Shown here one piece after another: positions 1 through 12,604 of a stretch of 64,000 bases of DNA. Both the position numbers and the translations under genes were made by a program. The notes under the pieces are model-generated. The model saw nothing but the letters and a program-made list of their open reading frames with translations, was not told the DNA's origin and searched no databases. The stretch spans positions 1,404,563 to 1,468,562 of the forward strand of contig NC_068999.1 of the NCBI RefSeq assembly GCF_001194135.2, written 5' to 3'. The stretch is from Octopus bimaculoides. Taxonomy: Eukaryota. Numbering within the stretch: position 1 is the stretch's first letter; every line of letters starts with the position of its first letter.

Positions 1-639
1 TTTATATATATACATACATACATACAAAGATATATATACACATATGTGTACGTGGATGTTTGTATTTATTTGTGCGCACACACACACACACACACACCTA
101 AACGCATGCACCCATAACAGTATTGTTGGCCTCTTATCATTGTCGATGTTCTTGGAGCTCATATTGTTATTTTTCTTCCCATTAATCTCCCCGAATGATA
201 GACGTGAAATATCTATATTTCATAACGAGAATATAATATATGTAAATTTTTCATTTAAATCTCTTAAATCGAAAATCATTTAAAATTAGTAATGTTCGTA
301 TGATCAAAGTCGCTAGGACAATCACCACAGTCTTCATCATCAACACAACCACCATAACCACCACCATCATCATCATCGTCATCGTCATCATAATCATCAT
401 CATCATCAATAACACCACTACCATCACCACCATCATCATCGTCGTTATCATCATCATCAATGTTACGGTCAGGAGCAACCGGAGCAATATTAACGAACGA
501 GGGGGTACATTTATTAGAAATAACAGCTAATTTTTCTTCAAATCCGCAGCAATCTATGTTAAAAGGAATGTGCGTATATTTTACATAGATACATACACAA
601 GCACATATACATATGTATATATTTACCTAAATCCATCTT

Positions 640-642
640 CAT

Positions 643-696
<54 letters not shown>

Positions 697-903
697 NNNN
701 NNNNNNNNNNNNNNNNNNNNNNNNNNNNNNNNNNNNNNNNNNNNNNNNNNNNNNNNNNNNNNNNNNNNNNNNNNNNNNNNNNNNNNNNNNNNNNNNNNNN
801 NNNNNNNNNNNNNNNNNNNNNNNNNNNNNNNNNNNNNNNNNNNNNNNNNNNNNNNNNNNNNNNNNNNNNNNNNNNNNNNNNNNNNNNNNNNNNNNNNNNN
901 NNN

Positions 904-954
<51 letters not shown>

Positions 955-975
955 GTGTGTGTGTGTGTGTGTGTG
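640..975. repeat. (TA)n - assembly gap - (TG)n compound dinucleotide microsatellite
   Basis: (TA)n runs into N-run 697-903, and (TG)n resumes at 904. This explains the spurious ORFs at 559-1151. Confidence 0.95.
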
Positions 976-1094
976 TCTGTATGTGTTTGAGAACATACAC
1001 GTACAAACACACAAGCATACACACATGCATACACACACAAAAGCACACACGTTTAGTGTGTCTACATATAGACCATCCTCTGACGCTGAAATTA

Positions 1095-1250
1095 AGATGG
1101 ATGAGCATGGCTGGTGGACCTTTGATCATCGATCTGCTCAATCAGGGGTGATCTTGGGGGCTAAACCGCCACAACGAGAATAACACCAACAACACTATCA
1201 CCACCACAACAACAATAAGCACAACAACAACAACAAAAGCAACAACAATA
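1095..1250 (+). mobile_element. Dispersed repeat module (family F), 3' end followed by an (AAC/CAC)n tail
   Basis: GATGAGCATGGCTGG...CTTTGATCAT...TCAGGGGTGATCTTGGGGGCTAAAC (1100-1166) aligns by eye with 15392-15420, 15683-15705, 30670-30697 and the reverse complement of 10095-10122. Confidence 0.6.
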
Positions 1251-2589
1251 TATATTGCAACTCAAACACTCTCGGTCACAATATAGCAATACATAAGCGC
1301 TAGGTTGCGGTAACAAGCTCTTATTCATTGCTAGATGGTGATATATTTGATTTTTGTTCGCTGAGGTGTGTAAGGCTGCTGCTTGCTGATGGTTCTATTG
1401 CCAGAATTAATTTCCTTCGCATTAGAAAGACTCTCTAATGTGTCAAAACACACCAACAAAAATTCCTTTAGTCTTTCTCACTCCATCTCGCTCTTTTAGC
1501 ATTCTCTCTTTAATCGTTCACCGTTTCATCTCTCTCTCCTTTTCCTTGTCCTTCCTTCTCTTTCTTGTCCGTACTTTCCCCTCTTAATCACGTTCCCACA
1601 TCCTTTTTCTTTCCCGTTGTTCCTAAATTTCTGTCTTTATGTATCACCGCCTCTACATCTTCTTTATCTCTCACAATCAATCTATCTGTATTTCGACATT
1701 TCTTTCTCAATCTCCTTCCTAAGGCTAATCGATTGGTAACATACATACATGCATGCATACATACATACATACAAACATACAGACATGCATACATATAGAC
1801 ATTGCATATACCTACATACGTATATATTATCTATGTCTATTTAACTATCTATATAGGTGAAATCATGTGTGTATACATATATGTATAAGCATATATATGT
1901 ATATATATTTATAGATAAACACACCCACACGCACACACACATATATATATATATGCGTGTGTGTATGTATTTATGCATGCATATGTGCATTCATATATAT
2001 GTATTCATGCCAGCAGCATTCTGAAGATTAATGTTACTGCTCTATATAAAAAAACAACACGAAACATAAAACATAAAAATGAAGGAATACGAACAAATTA
2101 GAAGCGATAAACAAGACAAAAATAATAAAATCCATTAGTAAAACAAAACATAATAAAAGCGGCACGTACCACATGAAATAGCAAATATTCATCTCTCCGA
2201 TTTTTCCCCCTCTTATCTTTGAGTGAAACGAATTTGTTTTGTAACAAAACGGATATAAATCGAGATGCCTGTCGGGAAATCAACGCCAAATAAAATCCTG
2301 TAATACTGTGCCTCTCATTCAAATGCAATGAATGATCAACAAGTTGGTTGTTCTCGTCAGATCCTGTACGACGATAGCAGCATATGTTCTGCCATTGCAC
2401 GAGTAAGTCTAGGACAACGACACGAAAACACTCTCATTTATTTATGTTGTGTTTTGTATTTTGTTCAAAACTATTTCTGGTTTTCGTTTTCGAAAGTTGT
2501 CTTCATCCACGTGCTGGATCGTAAGATGTAGAGGAAATAAAACCTGAATAGAGCCCCATAGTCTTCAAAAGACGAAGTTGTAGGTTCCT

Positions 2590-2790
2590 AAATTCAACAT
2601 ACGGGCATAGATGAGAGGTTCATGTGGGTTCACTTCGCAAAAACGTGCTCCGAATTGTTTTGTAATGTTGAAACCATTTCATAGTCAATGCCTTGAGAGT
2701 GGAATTTTGTTGACGAACAGCCAAGTTCTTTGCATATATGTGTGTATGTTTGTGTGTGTGTGTGTGTGTTTGTGTGTGTGTGTAATTTTG
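2590..2790 (+). mobile_element. Degenerate family B SINE head followed by (TG)n
   Basis: GCCTTGAGAGTGGAATTTTGTTGACG resembles GCCTTG(T/C)(G/A)AGTGGATTTGGTA of the better copies (11376, 19192). It is followed by a TA/TG microsatellite as in those copies. Confidence 0.4.
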
Positions 2791-2949
2791 TGAGTGCGTG
2801 TTTATTACACTTACACATGAATATTATCGACAGTGACTTCGGGTTTTTCAGTCAGTTGAGAAATAATAAATTTGTTCTCGACAAATGTACAGAATAAACA
2901 TCAGATTAAAGTAAAATTATTTGTATTATATCGAAACATACAACAAACA

Positions 2950-2998
2950 TCTATATACATACATATACATATATATATATATATGTGTGTGTGTTTGA

Positions 2999-3049
<51 letters not shown>

Positions 3050-3066
3050 AATATATATGTATAATA

Positions 3067-3099
<33 letters not shown>

Positions 3100-3159
3100 C
3101 ATATATATATATGTATATGTATACACATGTGTATATATATGCATATATATATATATATA

Positions 3160-3194
<35 letters not shown>

Positions 3195-3195
3195 C
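2950..3195. repeat. Compound microsatellite (TA)n/(TTA)n/(TG)n/(GA)n
   Basis: Direct reading of the sequence. Confidence 0.95.
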
Positions 3196-3346
3196 TGTGT
3201 GTGTGCGTATGTGTGTATGTATGTCTACAGGTGGTGGACCAGCGTTACCTTGGCCCTGGGCTAAAACCTGTAAAAGTTGAAAGATATACATATATATACA
3301 TATTTATATGCATATAATATTTAATAATAATAATAATAATAACAAT

Positions 3347-3391
<45 letters not shown>

Positions 3392-3420
3392 CATACACTT
3401 TTATTCCATTATTTTATTTG

Positions 3421-3673
3421 TTTACTTGCTTCAGTCATGTGACTACGGCCAGGCTAGACCATCGCCTTTTAGTCTAAAAGATCAGCCCTAGGAATTATTT
3501 AAGCCAGCTACTTATTCTCTTGGCTTCTTTTGCCAAACACACACACACACACAAGCGCGCGCGCACGCACACACGTACAAACACACAAGCACACACATAT
3601 GCATATATATACGACGGGCTTCTTTCAGTTTCTGTTTATCAAATCCACTCATAAGGCTTTGGTCTACCCGAGG
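3421..3673 (-). mobile_element. Family B SINE, 5'-truncated: end of head, internal (TG/CG)n spacer and 3' tail module
   Basis: Plus strand reads TGCTTCAGTCATGTGACTACGGCCAGGCT (reverse tail), then a (CA)n spacer, then TATATACGACGGGCTTCTTTCAGTTTC...AAATCCACTCATAAGGCTTTGGTC (reverse of the head end seen at 19300-19330 and 11450-11484). Confidence 0.8.
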
Positions 3674-4350
3674 TAGATGTTTGTGTGCGCGCGCGTGTAT
3701 GTGTTTGTGTGTGTGTATAAATACATAGATATATCTGTATATATATATATCTATATATGTATAGAGAGAGAAAGTGAGAGTGAGAGTGAGAGAGAAAGTG
3801 AGAGTGAGAGAGAAAGCGAGAGAATGAGAGAGAGAGAATGGGAGAGACAGGGAGATACATATGTTTCAACGTTTTAGAAACAGAAAACTATTACCCGTGC
3901 AACTACATCTTATTCTCTGGAAAAGACACAAGCACGCTGCATAATATCGTCTTTGACAGATAGCAATGGACAAAAATGGAACTATTTTATTAATTGTGTG
4001 TGATATTTCATTTTATGACGACTTTATAAGTGCCATCCAACCCTACAATGTAACATGTAAATATATTTATATCATATTATTGAAATAATTTATTATTAAT
4101 TTTCCATGAGTAATTAAAATTTGTGAAACAGAGAAAGAAATAACGAAACGTATAGTTTTTTTTTTAATGAATTATAGACATAACCATAAAGTTTACGTCA
4201 GGGAATACACAAATAGTTAAACTAGAGAGAATTAACAGGGCGTATCAATAAATTTTACTTACAGTTGTGACAGGAATACACGGGAAAGTAATGAAGAGGC
4301 AATAAAACATTTTAAAACACACACACTCACACATACATATATATGAACAG

Positions 4351-4387
<37 letters not shown>

Positions 4388-5286
4388 AATATCAATATTT
4401 GTTAATATACATACGGAGAAACTTGTCCCTTTCTGAAATAGCTAAGAAGAAATCAAAAAATTATTGGCTTGAATTTCATTTTAGAAAAATATCTTCACTT
4501 GCGATGTTGCTTTTACNNNNNNNNNNNNNNNNNNNNNNNNNNNNNNNNNNNNNNNNNNNNNNNNNNNNNNNNNNNNNNNNNNNNNNNNNNNNNNNNNNNN
4601 NNNNNNNNNNNNNNNNNNNNNNNNNNNNNNNNNNNNNNNNNNNNNNNNNNNNNNNNNNNNNNNNNNNNNNNNNNNNNNNNNNNNNNNNNNNNNNNNNNNN
4701 NNNNNNNNNNNNNNNNNNNNNNNNNNNNNNNNNNNNNNNNNNNNNNNNNNNNNNNNNNNNNNNNNNNNNNNNNNNNNNNNNNNNNNNNNNNNNNNNNNNN
4801 NNNNNNNNNNNNNNNNNNNNNNNNNNNNNNNNNNNNNNNNNNNNNNNNNNNNNNNNNNNNNNNNNNNNNNNNNNNNNNNNNNNNNNNNNNNNNNNNNNNN
4901 NNNNNNNNNNNNNNNNNNNNNNNNNNNNNNNNNNNNNNNNNNNNNNNNNNNNNNNNNNNNNNNNNNNNNNNNNNNNNNNNNNNNNNNNNNNNNNNNNNNN
5001 NNNNNNNNNNNNNNNNNNNNNNNNNNNNNNNNNNNNNNNNNNNNNNNNNNNNNNNNNNNNNNNNNNNNNNNNNNNNNNNNNNNNNNNNNNNNNNNNNNNN
5101 NNNNNNNNNNNNNNNNNNNNNNNNNNNNNNNNNNNNNNNNNNNNNNNNNNNNNNNNNNNNNNNNNNNNNNNNNNNNNNNNNNNNNNNNNNNNNNNNNNNN
5201 NNNNNNNNNNNNNNNNNNNNNNNNNNNNNNNNNNNNNNNNNNNNNNNNNNNNNNNNNNNNNNNNNNNNNNNNNNNNNNNNNNNNNN

Positions 5287-5317
<31 letters not shown>

Positions 5318-5674
5318 CGATTATACACATATGTATGCATATATGCATTCACAAACAGGGCTTTGTGAAATTTTGTTCATATACATATATATACAATACT
5401 ATAACAAATTGCAAATGTGGTAAACTGAACGGTATTGATAACTTTGACCGAATATACTTACACATATACACATATGTGTGTGGGTGTACATGCCAGTGTG
5501 AGTGCATGTATATCTGTGTACGTGTGTATGTGTGTGTGTGTGTAGCCTGTATGTGTGGGTACGTTGGCTGATTGCATTATTAAATTTAAGTATTATATCA
5601 TCTTAAGTGTCTCCTTCAAATGACTCTTCTTCTTTCTGCACTACTTTCTTAAACCAATCCGAGTTCAAGCCCAG

Positions 5675-5702
5675 TCATCACCACCACCATCATCACCATC
5701 AC

Positions 5703-5760
<58 letters not shown>
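5675..5760. repeat. (CAT/CAC)n trinucleotide microsatellite
   Basis: Direct reading. Confidence 0.95.
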
Positions 5761-7045
5761 GTTCTCATAATCAAAATCCCAGATAATTTACTCGTAATGC
5801 AAACGAAAGAAAAATAAACAACGAAAAATCAGCATCAAATGCAGGAAAAGCCAAACAAATGAGAATTGTGTAATAATATACATTCAGATGTATATATTTA
5901 TCCATATATTCTACACACACGCACGCACACACATACACAAATGCATTCGCACGCACATACATATATACATATATAAACACAGAGACACATATCGATACCT
6001 ATAGGTTGTGTTCATATATACACATATGCAACAACTTATAAATATATAAGTGAATATATANNNNNNNNNNNNNNNNNNNNNNNNNNNNNNNNNNNNNNNN
6101 NNNNNNNNNNNNNNNNNNNNNNNNNNNNNNNNNNNNNNNNNNNNNNNNNNNNNNNNNNNNNNNNNNNNNNNNNNNNNNNNNNNNNNNNNNNNNNNNNNNN
6201 NNNNNNNNNNNNNNNNNNNNNNNNNNNNNNNNNNNNNNNNNNNNNNNNNNNNNNNNNNNNNNNNNNNNNNNNNNNNNNNNNNNNNNNNNNNNNNNNNNNN
6301 NNNNNNNNNNNNNNNNNNNNNNNNNNNNNNNNNNNNNNNNNNNNNNNNNNNNNNNNNNNNNNNNNNNNNNNNNNNNNNNNNNNNNNNNNNNNNNNNNNNN
6401 NNNNNNNNNNNNNNNNNNNNNNNNNNNNNNNNNNNNNNNNNNNNNNNNNNNNNNNNNNNNNNNNNNNNNNNNNNNNNNNNNNNNNNNNNNNNNNNNNNNN
6501 NNNNNNNNNNNNNNNNNNNNNNNNNNNNNNNNNNNNNNNNNNNNNNNNNNNNNNNNNNNNNNNNNNNNNNNNNNNNNNNNNNNNNNNNNNNNNNNNNNNN
6601 NNNNNNNNNNNNNNNNNNNNNNACACACACACACACATACATATACATGTATGGCTTTGTTAGTTTCGGTGTGTATACTGTACAAGAGTAATCGTTATGA
6701 ATGTGAATATATATACATACGTATACACGCACACTCACATATGTATATATATATATATATGCGCGCGTGAGTGTTTGTGACTATGCATGTGATTGTGTGC
6801 GTGTGTGTATGTGCGTGGCGGGGTAAGAGAGAGTGTGTGTGTGTCACTAACCCTACGCTGAATGCTTCAGGAAGATATCTTGTTTTGTGTGTTTCTGTGT
6901 TGAAGTTATTTATCGTTTGTGTTTGATATTCGCAGTAATTAGATCTATTCAGGTGAAATATGGAAGAAGATACCTTTCCCATGATATGATTTTTATATAT
7001 GAGGAATGCATATATGAATGTATGTATGTATAAAATCACGTTAAT

Positions 7046-7093
7046 ATTAATACTGATGTATACATTTACATTAATACTGATGTATACATTTAC
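7046..7093. repeat. Exact 24-bp tandem duplication ATTAATACTGATGTATACATTTAC x2
   Basis: Units at 7046-7069 and 7070-7093. Confidence 0.9.
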
Positions 7094-7248
7094 AGACGCA
7101 TACAGAACGTCATACTCATTGACACATACATAAGTATATATATTCGTACATACACTTATATGCACACACATACATAGGAACGACACACAGACATATACAT
7201 TTATATACGCATGAATGCATGTATATGTAAGTATGCATGCATATATAT

Positions 7249-7297
<49 letters not shown>

Positions 7298-7515
7298 GAG
7301 AGAGAATGATTGAACGACAGAGAAAAAGAAGGGTGTGAAGGCTTCACATCGAATTATTCACACATTTATATGCAAAAATGAACATTCGATACTCATATAT
7401 ATATGTGTGTATATATGTATGTGTATGAATTCTAACGATGAGTGTTGGTATGTTTTCACCCATATTAGTTACAGATTCACATACACAAACACATACACAC
7501 ACACACACACCCGAA

Positions 7516-7547
<32 letters not shown>

Positions 7548-7892
7548 NNNNNNNNNNNNNNNNNNNNNNNNNNNNNNNNNNNNNNNNNATATATGGGTGT
7601 GTGTATATGGTATCTATGTATATCATATATTATATAGCCGTTTATATCAGATAATATTTAAGATGAGTTGCATTTTAATCAGCTATCCTTCTGTTTTCCG
7701 CTGGATGTAGGCACTAATGTCTGTTTAACCTAATTTCGCAAGAAATACTTATCTGTGAACCGCTGTGAGGTCTCTGGAGTTTTTTGTATAGATTCTGCGT
7801 ATAAAAGAGTAATAGTGGAAGTAGGTGTAATAATAGAAATGGTGGTTGTTAGCCGGTAGTTGGAGGTAGCAGCCATGAGGGTGTAGAGGAGA

Positions 7893-7972
7893 AAGAAGAA
7901 GAAGAAGAAGAAGAAGAAGAAGAAGAAGAAGAAGAAGAAGAAGAAGAAGAAGAAGAAGAAGAAGAAGAAGAA
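7893..7972. repeat. (AAG)n microsatellite at the start of a purine-rich tract extending to about 8270
   Basis: About 26 perfect AAG units, then a degenerate GA-rich region. Confidence 0.95.
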
Positions 7973-8553
7973 CATATTGCGTATGAAGGAAAGGAGGGGG
8001 GCGAGTGAAGGAAAAGAATACGGAATGATTGGAGTGAGGTTTATTGAGTGAGGTGCAGACGGAGGAGAGGAAGACGATTGTGGAGAGATGATTTTACGGA
8101 TAAGAAAGAGGAGGGAGTTTAGAAGAAGAAGAAGACATGTGAACGGGTAAAGGGTGAACAAAACGAAGAAAAGGGAGACGGAGAAGGAAGGAGAGGAGAA
8201 GAGGAAGAAGAAGAAGAAGAAGAAGAAGAATCAGCTGATGGTGATGAAGAGAAGGAAGAAGATACTGATGTCGACGGCAACGAAGTTCATAAAGCAAATC
8301 GTCATTGTCTTGATCCTGTATTATTTCATGAAAATGGCGAGTTACCCCACGGCCCAAAAGTTTCATCATTCCATGTCTTTTGGGGTTCATCCCCATCATG
8401 AATACCTTTCATACCTTCAGCTCTCACCTTCATCTTCTATGTTTTCTGATATAACCTTACCTACACAAGCGTCAATTCATACCCTCCTCTTTTTCTTTCA
8501 TTTTCAATTATGGTTTCACCTTCCAGACTTTCTCTCCATCATCTTCAAACACT

Positions 8554-8646
8554 TTCAGCTCTCACCTTCCATACATTCAGCTCTCAACGTCCATACATTT
8601 AGCTCTCACCTTCCATATATTCAGCTCTCACCTTCCATACTTTCAG
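8554..8646. repeat. 22-bp minisatellite TTCAGCTCTCACCTTCCATACA, about 4.2 copies, plus a solo partial unit at 8416
   Basis: Units start at 8554, 8576, 8598 and 8620, with a partial at 8642. TTCAGCTCTCACCTTC also occurs at 8416. Confidence 0.9.
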
Positions 8647-10084
8647 ATGTATCTAAAACATAATCAAGGTTACAGAAGCATCGCTGAAAAGATGTGGGCG
8701 AGTTCAAGGCCTTCTTTCAGGGAAACACGTAACCACAAATGAGGCAGAAGAGAGGACGAGGACGCATAAAAGTAGCTTGGAGCGGGATACTGAGAGCAAG
8801 CTGAGAAAATTCAGGCGATCAACTGGAGAGAAATAGAAAAATAAAAACTGCCCAGTGTTGTGAACTGTGGATAAAAGTCGCCGATAGCTTATCGTTCACA
8901 AGGGGCAAAGTGCTTAAACAAGTATAGTACTGAAGTGGGTAGCATCAATTTATCTTCCTCTAAATGTGTTTTTTTGTACCTGAAGTAGAGGTCAATATGT
9001 AGCCACGTAAATTTACAATCTGTCGTCGTGCAAAACTTATGTCGACCGTGACATTCATCCTTCAAGATTCAATACCACACACCACACACACGCACTGGCA
9101 GAAATTGTGTTGATGGTGTCGTTACTCTTCCCATTCGTGCTTAACTGTGCAGACATTGCAAAAGTCATGTCATTACATTTGCTTGACTCTTCCCTGTATT
9201 TACTAGACATTGCTCACCTGTTAATTGGCAAAGGTGTTTGAAGGTCGATTCGCATACTTTTGATATATATTACAGGTCTCTATGTTCTAACGTATTAATC
9301 CTTCTGGCATTTTTAAAACAATAAGCATTCATTTTACGGCGAATGCATTTGTTATTTCTAGCATGTCGATTAGCCAGTACAGTTTCCCTTACAGACACGA
9401 TAAGAAAATTAGTCATCGTCTGCTGCAATATTAAATCACTTCATAAGTTCACAAAATTGTATAATAATTTTGCGATGATTTTCATTGACGCAAGGGCCTT
9501 ACTCAAAGACTTTCGTTGCATTTCGATTCATTCAGCACTCAATGATTCTCTATGCCATTGAATTTGTGGTTTATCTTCTTCTGAGGTCGACTTGTTCCTT
9601 TCAAATTCCCTGCATAGATATTACCCATAATGCACTTGTGATGATTTCATCGTGTATGATCTGCTCCTTTGAATGTTGACCTTCTTTTCCAATTCACAAA
9701 TTAATATTTGAAATTGGAAAATAATGGATACGTTTGAAGTGAGAGAAAGATGAAAAGCGAAAATGTGCGGGTAGAACTGCTACAGATTCCCTTCAAAGCA
9801 ACCGTGTATAAAGTTTCCAATTTATAACAAATGTATGCGTTCTTCTGCTAGAAGGTTTCTGTATTGATTTCTGTTTATATATATTATTAGCCCTTGTGAG
9901 AAAAAGAAGGTCAGATCACCTCTTGGTTAGATGTAAACAATCTATAGAATAATGTCGCCTTTCAGTATAACAACACAGTTGAAGAGAATATTGTTGCAGA
10001 GAATATAGACTTGGTGAATTAATTATTGGAAGCGTGCTTATTGTTGTCCTAAAGGAAGTATGTTATTAATACGACACATTGTTA

Positions 10085-10130
10085 GTGATGTTTTGTTTAG
10101 CCCCAGATCAGCCATGACCGAGAAAGGGCA
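10085..10130 (-). mobile_element. Family F 3' end fragment
   Basis: GTTTAGCCCCAGATCAGCCATGACCGAGA is the reverse complement of the ...TCAGGG(G/T)TGA(T/C)CTGGGGCTAAAC terminus at 1140-1166. Confidence 0.55.
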
Positions 10131-11225
10131 ACAATGAATGGCTTCCCACTCGTTAACATCCCTTTGCTTTGTTTATCTGGAACTAACTATAGAAAGTGTC
10201 TTTTGTTTTGAAGAGCCAGCGGTGGAGGGGCATGACTTCAGGGATACATGGGTTCAATTTCTACATGTTAGAGCCAAACAACAGTCACAGACTTCACTTG
10301 TTTGAAACCAGTCATTTATACTACGGCGCTTAAACTCCTATATCCCTTATCTACATCGGTAGAGTCGTACAGAACGTCATGGCAAGTTCGATTTTGCAAT
10401 CAATCATTTCAGACTGAATTAAATCATAAAAATCAAAGGTAGAAACGTTTGCGTTGCGTTCTGAGTTTGAATACAGTCAGGTTCCATTTAGGTGGCAGAC
10501 TTAATACTTAGTCTGTATACCGGCGGCACCTGGGACGTTGGGTGCTTCATCTAGAGAATAGTATTACAAGCATCAGATCTGTCATTTTGACGATAACTTC
10601 CTACCTCTCTCCATTCTATCATTCGCAGGGTACTGTAAACAGACATGCGCACTCTCTTTCTTTCTGATAAACGATTAAAGGAGCAAATTTAAATACAATT
10701 TCGTATTTCATTTCTGTTATTACGGACGAAATAGTTACAGCAACTATCAGCAAGATTTGAAAGAAGACATCATACGACGTACAAATGAGTGGAAATTTGC
10801 TACCACAGAATCAATCATTGCATTGGCTTGAAAAATAATGCTGTTCTATGAATATAACGGTTTAACAAAACACACACAGACACATACAAATACAAGCGCT
10901 CGCGTGCGCGCAGAATATCCGTTCAAACTGTGATTCTTTTTCTAGATTAAAATTTATGGTATTTTACGAGATTTCTTTTATTGGGAATACCAAGAGTAAG
11001 AAGAAGAGAGCGATAACAATTTCATATGCAAACGCACAGCATATTAATAACTTATTTGGTTTCCAGCATTCATTTAGAAAGATTACTAAATATTAAGTTA
11101 GAAAACGACAATATTCAAAGTGATAAGTTATAGACATGAAATTTCAAAAAATATGGAGTTTAATCCAGTCTAAGGAACGGAAGATCAGTGACACCAAGAA
11201 ATTCATACGAGCAATAACAAGTACG

Positions 11226-11236
11226 TAGATAGATAA

Positions 11237-11314
<78 letters not shown>

Positions 11315-11320
11315 TGATAG
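11226..11320. repeat. (AGAT)n tetranucleotide microsatellite
   Basis: Direct reading. It gives the IYLS-repeat ORFs. Confidence 0.95.
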
Positions 11321-11375
11321 ACAGGCAGACAGATAGACAGATAGCTGGACATAAACACACATACCTATATATATA

Positions 11376-11745
11376 GGCGCAGGCGTGGCTGTGTGGTAAG
11401 AAACTTGCAGTACCACTTTGTCACACTTTGGGCAAGTGTCTTTTACCGAAGCCTTGTGAGTGGAAACTGAAAAGAAGCGCGTCGTATATATATATATATN
11501 NNNNNNNNNNNNNNNNNNNNNNNNNNNNNNNNNNNNNNNNNNNNNNNNNNNNNNNNNNNNNNNNNNNNNNNNNNTATATATACGTATGTATGTATCTATG
11601 TGAGTGTGTTTGTCTTCCCATCATCGCTTGACATCTGCTGTCGGTAAGTTTACGTCCCCTTCACTTAGAAGTTCGGAAAAAAGAGACCGCTAGAATATGT
11701 TCCGAGCTTTAAAAAAAACCTAAGTACAGTGGATTGCGATTCCCG
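11376..11745 (+). mobile_element. Family B tRNA-derived CORE-like SINE with internal (TA)n spacer and 3' module; internal deletions in the head
   Basis: Head GGCGCAGGCGTGGCTGTGTGGTAAG (A-box-like), then CTTTGGGCAAGTGTCTT (CORE-like), then GTCGTATATA running into gap 11500-11574, then the module CATCATCGCTTGAC...TTTACGTCCCC...GTTCGGAAAAAAGAGACCGCTAGAATA. Confidence 0.85.
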
Positions 11746-12560
11746 TTGACAGCGTGTTGATATCTTAAATACTTATATTATAGAAATTAGTTCAGTTCTC
11801 TGACGCCTAATGGATTTGCTGTGTATATCAGTAGATTGGCTGATTATTTTTCTGGTATTGATGGAGTAATGCAGACACCCCTGATCATGACTCACTGATG
11901 CTCCATAATCAATTAAGGCTGCTCTACACATTTTCTTTCTTTCAATCTACGGGGAAATAGTTAAATTTGCGATGTTTTCAATATGAACTATGTAGGTTTA
12001 CATATATTAATGATTGATTTTATGTAAAGTCTTCTATAAAGACAATATAACATTCATTTGAAGGATAACTCATTACTTTTTAGGAGAGTAAATGTTTATT
12101 TTTATAAGAAGAGTATTGACAGACATGCTATATTTTGTTTCTGTAAACACATTGCCGTTGTCTAGATAAAGAAACTAATACGGCAATTACAAAGCGATAG
12201 AAATTTCCGAAAGCATCCAACAGTTTTGCAATTTACTGTTCAGAGGGGATGATATTGAGAATTTCTGTGGCATGAATTGTGTTTTATGTAAACAAACCAA
12301 ATTTCAAAACGTCACATGTTTAGAATAAACGAATGTACCACGAGAATAGACGCAGACGTTTGTATAAAAGTTAAGCGAACGGTAAAATATGCGCGTACAA
12401 GCACGCACAAATATACATCATGTGCACGCACACACATTCCATATATACGTTTATATATATATGTATGCCTGTGTGAGAGTGTCTCTTGGAGCGTAAGAAT
12501 ATGTGTGTGTGTGTGGGTGTGTGTGGGTGTGTGTGTGTGTGCGTGTATGTGTGCATGCGC

Positions 12561-12604
<44 letters not shown>

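Noticed and set aside
905-1183. Peptide KMDEHGWWTFDHRSAQSGVILGAKPPQRE* after an AG, resembling a terminal exon
   Set aside because: The DNA matches dispersed repeat family F copies elsewhere in the window.
8554-8646. Short direct repeats considered as a CRISPR array (also 31544-31594)
   Set aside because: The units are contiguous with no unique spacers, there are no cas genes, and the context is eukaryotic.
8154-8663. 169-aa ORF with a poly-K start and repeated QLSPSI motifs
   Set aside because: It is made of the GAA tract and the 22-bp minisatellite. A unit length of 22 is not a multiple of three, which argues against coding.
9343-9700. Moderately complex island that might be a decayed TE ORF
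   Set aside because: All frames I translated have multiple stops and no recognisable RT or transposase motif.
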